Positions 7,294 to 11,972 of a stretch of 11,972 nt of DNA are shown here, piece by piece. Each line of letters opens with the position of its first letter. The stretch's first letter is position 1. The stretch lies in the IMG/VR virus record IMGVR_UViG_2713896773_000004, positions 1-11,972 of that record; one strand, 5' to 3'. The stretch is from a virus. Taxonomy: Duplodnaviria; Heunggongvirae; Uroviricota; Caudoviricetes. The notes below the pieces were generated by a model. The model made no database searches. It worked only from the letters and a program-made list of their open reading frames with translations, and was not told the DNA's origin. The translations under genes were made by a program, and so were the position numbers.

Positions 7294-7598
7294 GGCAGGT
7301 CGCCGCAGCGTTGTACACGCCGGGACCGACTCTCGCGGAGTTAGCCGCTTTTGGTTTGACGCCTGAGGACGTGGAGGAAGAGGTGGGTATCCTGCCCTCT
7401 GTGTGGAAGTCTTTCACCATCTTCTCTGCCCTGGCAACCCAGTGGCGCGTCGGCGCGAGCGGGGCGACCGGCCTTGATTACAACGTTCTCCCCTGGATGT
7501 TCGAGTTACACGGGGTTGAGGATGCGGCGGCCTGCATGGCTGACCTTCAAATTATGGAAAGCGAGGCTCTCAAGGTAATGCATAAGGAGACGAAATAA
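6955..7598 (+). CDS. Tail assembly chaperone frameshift fusion (gpGT-like), made by -1 programmed ribosomal frameshift at 7284-7290
   Basis: 0-frame codons GAA AAA AAC TAA place the heptamer A_AAA_AAC at 7284-7290. After a -1 slip, reading continues CTA AGG CAG ... (LRQVAAALYTPGPTLAEL...) to the TAA at 7596-7598. This is the same frame as track ORF 7311..7598, which has no credible independent start (TTG, no RBS). Predicted fusion is about 214 aa. Confidence 0.6.
7284..7290 (+). other. -1 programmed ribosomal frameshift slippery heptamer A_AAA_AAC
   Basis: AAAAAAC in X_XXY_YYZ register relative to the G reading frame, directly upstream of the G stop codon. Confidence 0.6.
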
Positions 7599-10500
7599 TG
7601 ACAGACCAGATCGCCTCGATTACTTTGCGGGCCGATGTTTCTGACCTGAAAACAGCCAGCAACGAACTGGATAAACTCGGCCAGGCGGCGGCCGGTGCTG
7701 TAGATAAAGCAGATGATCTGAATAGCGTGTTTCGCGCTGGCGCTGAATCTGCGAAGCAAGGCAGCGAAGGACTCAAGGAGCAGCAGAACGCGCTCAAAGG
7801 GCTGCTGGAGAATATCGACCCGGTTACCAAGGCCTTAAACCGCCTGGATGAGCAGCAAGAATCGCTGCGGAAATTCCAGGCCAAAGGTTTCCTGGATACC
7901 GATACCTTTCAGGCATACAACAAAATCCTGGATGACACCCGCCTCAAGCTGACCGACACCGGAGAAGCCGCGGCGCGCGCTCAGGCTGAATTAGCCGCTA
8001 CCCAGGCGGCAGAAAAGCAGTCCGCAGCGTTAAAGAACCTTCTTGGATCCATCGACCCGACTATCCGCGCGTTCAATTCGTTGGATGAACAGCACGCACA
8101 GCTGGTGGAACATTTCGAAGCTGGGCGCATTAACGGTGCTCAGTTCGAGCACTTCAACACAATCCTTAACCAGACGCGTGAGCGCCTCTCTGGTGTCGCT
8201 GACGTACTACCAGAGGCGCTATCCCGGCAGGAAGCTGCTGCCCGGCGCGCTGGAATCTCCGTTGGTCAGTACAGCGCAGCAATGCGCACGCTTCCGGCGC
8301 AATTCACCGATATCGCCACGCAGCTGGCTGGCGGTCAGTCGCCGTTCCTGATTCTGCTGCAACAGGGCGGGCAGATTAAAGACCAGTTCGGCTCGGTTCA
8401 GGGGGCGCTGTCCGGCGTCGGCGAATACATCCGCAGCATGGCTGGGATGATTAACCCTACCACAATCGCACTTGGTGGGCTGATTGGCACGATCGGCCTG
8501 CTGGCTGCCGCAGCGTATAACTCCTCGGAGCAATTTGAGCAGGTGGCACGCTCTGTCATCATGATGGGTGGGGCTGGCTTCTCCTCAATGCAGCAGCTCA
8601 ACCAGGCCGCTGAGGAAGTGGCTGGCAAGACGAATACATCGATTAGCTCCACCGTCGATACGCTGGTTACGTTGAACGATACTGGCAAATATACCGCAAG
8701 CCAGATGAAGCAGGTCGCAACGACCATCACCCTCATGGGTAAGGCCGGAAATGATACCAAAGCGGCAATAAGCGACTTCGGAAAGATTGTCAGCGATCCG
8801 GTTAAAGGGCTTGCCAGCCTCAATGAACAATATGGTTTCGTTGATGAAGCCATGATCAAGCACATTATCCAGCTACGTAAGCAGAAGGGTGAGCAGGCGG
8901 CTGTTACCGAAGCTATTGAGCTGTTTGCAGGCGTCATGGCAAAGCGCGCAGAGGAGACCAACAAAGCGACCGATAATATCGGTCAAACGTGGGAAAACCT
9001 TAAAAAGAGCGCTTCTGACACCTTTGGCGATATAGGTATTACCGTGCGCGCATGGGGAAACCAGATCATTGATATTTTCGAACTGGTTAAATCCTCGATC
9101 AAAGACTTGTTCCTCAATATCACCTCTCTGGACGCCAAGTTCACCAGCACCATCGCTGGCTGGGCAGACAAAATCCCGGGTGGCGGTGCGCTGGCTAATT
9201 TCCTCGGCATGGACGTTGAGGCAATGAAAAAGGCTGGAGCGGAGGCGGACAAAGAGATTGAGGCGAACAAAAAACGCTATAACGAGCTTTGGAAGCGCGT
9301 CACTGCGCCTAACGCACAGGCAAACTATGAGGCTGAAGCGCGAGGGTCTAACGTAAAAGGTGATGGAGGAACAAGTCGAGAATCAAGAGACGCAGTCTCG
9401 AAGCTTGCACAAGACTCAGACAAAAAGACCAAAGAGGCAAAAGCCACGCTGGATGCTGGCGATCGCACCCTGGAGAACTACCGCGCCCAGGCCAGAACGT
9501 TAACTGAAACGCTCGAGACCCTCCGACAAACAGGCGAAACCCACGCTAAAAACACCGAGTTCAGTAAACAGCAATCTCGATTTGCTGAATTGGATGAGGC
9601 AGCCAAAACCCGCGCGTTGACTGCTCAGGAAAAATCTTTACTGTCGAGCCGTGAGGCGATTCTGAACGCCGCCAAGGTGGTTGATCAGAAGAACAAGGAA
9701 GTAGAGGCGCAGCAGAAGATTAACGGCCTGGCGCAGCAGGCGAATAAATACGTCACGCAGATGTCGGAAAAAACCGATGCATTGCGTGATAGTGTAGGCC
9801 TCAGCAGTCGGCAAACGCAGCGCATGATGGAAGAGGCACAGCTTCGCCAGGGCTGGCTCAACGGTGGCGGTAAGCTTGATGATGCTGGCTATGAGAAAGA
9901 ACTGGCAGCCCTCAGAAATTATTACGCTGAAGAGGATAAGCTGCGCGGCGATTGGAAATCAGGTGCTATCAGCGGCTGGAATGAGTATCTGGACGCTGCC
10001 ACCAATACCTACGATGCCGTGAAGAATGTTGCCAGCTCCACGCTAACAGGCCTGAGCGACATGCTGACCGAGCTCATGACGACCGGCAAAGCATCGGTCA
10101 AAGAGTTCGGCAAATCCATGCTCAAGATGATCCTGGATGTGACGAACCGCCTCATGGTGGCCTACGCGGTGCAAGCTGCTATGGGATGGATCAGTGGGAG
10201 CGCGGGAGGTGGCGCTACACCCGGCGGTGCTTATGCCAATGCGGCCGCTGGTGTAACGTTCAATGCTAAAGGCGGCGTATACGAATCACCCGGCCTCAGT
10301 AAATATGTGAATGGCGTCTACGATTCTCCTCAATATTTCACATTCCAGGGCGCGTCGAAGTTTGCCAAAGGCGGGGTATTCGCTGAGGCAGGGGCTGAGG
10401 CGATCATGCCGCTGACGCGGGATTCTGCTGGTCGGCTTGGTGTCAGGGCGCAAGGCGGGGGCGGTGCGCAGCCTCAGGTCAATATTGATATCTACGTTGA

Positions 10501-10651
10501 TAACAAGGGCAACACATCATCAAATACGTCCGGAGACGGCAGTGCTGCGGCGCGTGCCTTAGGCAAGGAAATTGAAGCAAAGGTTACGGAGATCCTCGTG
10601 AGGGCCGCTCGGAGTGATGGTTTCCTGGGCAAAACGTTCCAACCCAAATAA
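7598..10651 (+). CDS. H: Tail tape measure protein (lambda gpH homologue)
   Basis: 1017-aa ORF whose ATG overlaps the upstream stop (TAATG), RBS AAGGAGA. Segment [53 protein letters not shown] is near-identical to the lambda gpH segment I recall ([49 protein letters not shown]). Also has hydrophobic Gly-rich segments and a Gly/Ala-rich C-terminus typical of tape measure proteins. Confidence 0.9.
   Translation: [1017 protein letters not shown]
7790..8188 (+). repeat. Intragenic tandem duplication in the tape measure N-terminal region (two diverged copies of about 54 aa, period 79 aa)
   Basis: Residues 65-118 ([54 protein letters not shown]) and 144-197 ([54 protein letters not shown]) align without gaps at about 44% identity. 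Nucleotide copies are diverged, sharing short strings such as ATCGACCC. Confidence 0.7.
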
Positions 10652-10693
10652 GAAACTGCTGTGATTCTGAGATGGGAATATCATCTGCACCTG

Positions 10694-10722
10694 GTTACAG
10701 CGACACATCCCTTGGTTATCAT
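10694..10722 (+). promoter_or_regulatory. Candidate sigma70 promoter for the first island gene
   Basis: GTTACA (10694-10699), 17-bp spacer, TATCAT (10717-10722). Predicted start about 10729, upstream of RBS AAGGGG (10742-10747). Pattern match only. Confidence 0.3.
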
Positions 10723-10753
10723 GAGCTAAACCATGCTAATCAAGGGGATGATA

Positions 10754-11128
10754 ATGAAGGCGCTCAAAATTGGCCTTGCAGGGATTGTTGTTATTTACTT
10801 GCTCATCAATGCCAGTAAATCACAAGAGATAAAAAGCGAAGATATACCTGCGTTTGCTAAAAGTGAGTCAAATGTATGGATAGCTAATACACTGGGCCAG
10901 CCGGGCGCAGACGTCATCAAAAGCTCTACCTACTACCTTAAGCGTGAGATTCCAGAAGAGGATATTGTTTATGGCTATCTTTGTGGAACCATAACAACTG
11001 GCGAAAGATTCTTTACTGAGGTCTCGATCAATAAGCGCAAGCACACGTCTGGCATTTTCAAAAATATGATATTTGATAAACGCAATGCAAAGACGTTTAA
11101 TCAGATCTGGAACACTGAGTGTAAGTAA
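10754..11128 (+). CDS. Hypothetical secreted or membrane-anchored protein with N-terminal signal peptide (cargo island gene A)
   Basis: Track ORF 10733..11128. I prefer ATG 10754 (or 10748), 6 nt after AAGGGG. N-terminus MKALKIGLAGIVVIYLLINA-SKSQ has a basic n-region, hydrophobic core and Ala at the putative cleavage site, with no lipobox Cys. Mature part has two Cys. Local GC is about 40%. No family recognised. Confidence 0.55.
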   Translation: MKALKIGLAGIVVIYLLINASKSQEIKSEDIPAFAKSESNVWIANTLGQPGADVIKSSTYYLKREIPEEDIVYGYLCGTITTGERFFTEVSINKRKHTSGIFKNMIFDKRNAKTFNQIWNTECK

Positions 11129-11149
11129 CCATCAAGATCACCCAACACA

Positions 11150-11175
11150 GCCTCGCATACGCGGGGCTTTTTTAT
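11150..11175 (+). terminator. Rho-independent terminator after island gene A
   Basis: GCCUCGC-AUAC-GCGGGGC hairpin (one G-U wobble) at 11150-11167, followed by TTTTTTAT. Confidence 0.6.
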
Positions 11176-11203
11176 ATCTGTAGCCGAGAGGCAGGAGAAC
11201 GTT

Positions 11204-11461
11204 ATGGAAATGACTGTAGGATTCCCTGAAATGGGTTCGCGATTTGAATCTGTAAGCTTCGATCCAGATTTAGAAATTAAAATGATAAAGACTGTCAGAA
11301 CCAAAATTACAGTTTGCAAGCTTGAGCAAATCAATGCGCCTCATGAACTGGTGTTTATCTATCAGGAGGATTTCAATCCAGGCAGCTCTTTTGCCGAAGT
11401 CGAAGCACGCGCCAAAGAATATGCCAGTAAGGCAATTGCCGGATTGAAAACCCCGGCTTAA
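11204..11461 (+). CDS. Hypothetical small acidic protein (cargo island gene B, 85 aa)
   Basis: ORF with AGGAGA RBS 6 nt upstream of ATG 11204. AT-rich codon usage unlike the structural genes. Its stop codon lies in the loop of a hairpin that can terminate the convergent minus-strand gene. No family recognised. Confidence 0.5.
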   Translation: MEMTVGFPEMGSRFESVSFDPDLEIKMIKTVRTKITVCKLEQINAPHELVFIYQEDFNPGSSFAEVEARAKEYASKAIAGLKTPA

Positions 11462-11467
11462 CCGGGG
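11447..11467 (-). terminator. Candidate rho-independent terminator for minus-strand gene C
   Basis: Plus-strand CCCCGG-CTTAA-CCGGGG (11451-11467). On the minus strand the hairpin is followed by UUUU (complement of AAAA 11447-11450), 8 nt downstream of the gene C stop. The U-tract is short, so strength is uncertain. Confidence 0.4.
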
Positions 11468-11474
11468 CAAAGCA

Positions 11475-11705
11475 TTATTTGATGCGATGGTAGATGTTAT
11501 CAGCCCTGGCGTACAATTTGGATACCGCCTCGGCACGACCTTGCTCTTGCATCGTCATTTTTGATGTATCTCCACCGTAGGCCTTCGTCATATACTCAGT
11601 AACGCGCTTGCGAAAAGCTCCAGCATCACCTGATTCGACAGTGGCAACAGCTAATAAAAACGCTAAGGCTTCATCCTGCTGGTCTTCTTTGTTAAAGCTC
11701 ATCAT
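11475..11705 (-). CDS. Hypothetical small protein encoded antisense to the late operon (cargo island gene C, 76 aa)
   Basis: Minus-strand ORF starting ATGATG (complement of 11700-11705) with AGGAG 3 nt upstream (complement of CTCCT 11709-11713). Protein MMSFNKEDQQDEALAFLLAVATVESGDAG..., no family recognised. It is the only credible minus-strand gene in the window. Confidence 0.55.
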   Translation of the reverse strand: MMSFNKEDQQDEALAFLLAVATVESGDAGAFRKRVTEYMTKAYGGDTSKMTMQEQGRAEAVSKLYARADNIYHRIK

Positions 11706-11753
11706 AAACTCCTGTTATACCGAGGCCATCAGCCGCACCGTCGGCAATTAATG

Positions 11754-11774
11754 CGCCAGTGCCCACCACTGGCG
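11754..11774. repeat. Perfect 8-bp inverted repeat with 5-bp spacer upstream of gene C
   Basis: CGCCAGTG-CCCAC-CACTGGCG, located about 50-70 bp upstream of the gene C start codon on the minus strand. Candidate operator or RNA hairpin. Confidence 0.4.
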
Positions 11775-11834
11775 GGCTGAATCCACAACATAACCAGGTA
11801 TTTTGATTTGTAACATCCTGATATTCAGACAGTA

Positions 11835-11857
11835 GCCACCTTCGGGTGGCTTTTTTT
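11835..11857 (+). terminator. Rho-independent terminator (perfect UUCG tetraloop hairpin plus T7) immediately upstream of gene M
   Basis: GCCACC-UUCG-GGUGGC (11835-11850) followed by TTTTTTT (11851-11857). The RBS GGAG and ATG of the next gene follow within 12 nt. Confidence 0.7.
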
Positions 11858-11868
11858 ATGGAGCAAAT

Positions 11869-11972
11869 ATGGCAGTTGAAACATACAGCTGGCGCTCGCA
11901 GCTCGGTGCTGGGGCGATTGAATATAGTCAAACGGTGCGCGCTGCGCAGTTCGGTGATGGCTATGAGCAGGT
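11869..11972 (+). CDS. M: Minor tail protein M (lambda gpM-like), 5' partial, continues beyond the window
   Basis: ATG at 11869 with GGAG 5 nt upstream. Translation MAVETYSWRSQLGAGAIEYSQTVRAAQFGDGYEQ matches the N-terminal pattern of lambda M as I recall it (MKTFRWKVKPGMDVASVPSVRKVRFGDGYSQ), including the FGDGY motif. Truncated by the window end. Confidence 0.7.
   Translation, partial: MAVETYSWRSQLGAGAIEYSQTVRAAQFGDGYEQ

Noticed and set aside
7311-7598. 95-aa ORF called with a TTG start as an independent gene
   Set aside because: There is no RBS, and the frame is exactly -1 relative to chaperone G and is open back to the A_AAA_AAC heptamer. It is better explained as the T extension of a G/GT frameshift product.
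8043-9270. Several 90-190-aa ORFs on both strands inside the tape measure gene (8043..8351 +, 8219..8533 -, 8398..8964 -, 8585..8863 -, 8983..9270 -)
   Set aside because: All are nested within the 1017-aa tape measure CDS, which has clear lambda gpH homology. Alternative-frame ORFs are expected in a long GC-rich gene.
10672-10815. Short plus-strand ORF (about 48 aa, MGISSAPGYSDTSLGY...) starting just after the tape measure stop
   Set aside because: It overlaps the candidate promoter and the signal-peptide gene in another frame, with no RBS. I also checked it as a possible remnant of a displaced M-like N-terminus and saw no convincing similarity.
11692-11931. 79-aa minus-strand ORF spanning the gene M start and the strong terminator
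   Set aside because: It runs through the terminator hairpin and the M start region, overlaps the gene C promoter region and has no RBS. More likely non-coding regulatory sequence.
1-11972. Searched for CRISPR repeats, tRNA-like sequences, integrase or att-site direct repeats, and IS-element terminal inverted repeats
   Set aside because: No repeat-spacer array, no tRNA-like clover-leaf candidates and no transposase or integrase-like ORFs were seen. The island at 10652-11868 has no obvious flanking direct repeats, so its insertion mechanism is unresolved.

Overview
The window reads as a contiguous stretch of the late (morphogenesis) operon of a lambdoid siphovirus or prophage from an enterobacterial-type host, almost entirely on the + strand. 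Gene order is: two small accessory genes (the first with a DUF2829/Tad2-like C-terminal domain), scaffolding protein, P22-coat-like major capsid protein, a run of small head-tail connector and tail completion genes, major tail protein with a C-terminal Ig-like domain, tail assembly chaperone G with a -1 frameshift extension (GT) at an A_AAA_AAC heptamer, a 1017-aa tape measure protein clearly related to lambda gpH, and the 5' end of minor tail protein M. Two cargo insertions interrupt this otherwise syntenic structure. One is a KilA-N domain gene bracketed by terminators between the major tail gene and G. The other is an AT-rich island of about 1.2 kb (roughly 40% GC against 53-57% in flanking genes) between the tape measure gene and M. 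It carries three small unrecognised genes: a signal-peptide protein, an 85-aa protein, and a 76-aa protein on the opposite strand. I consider this island the best candidate for an undescribed accessory system (superinfection exclusion, defence or lysogenic conversion), but its function cannot be assigned from sequence alone. All protein-family calls are from motif recognition by eye, without database searches, and are hypotheses to confirm. No tRNA, rRNA, CRISPR array, integrase or att site was seen.
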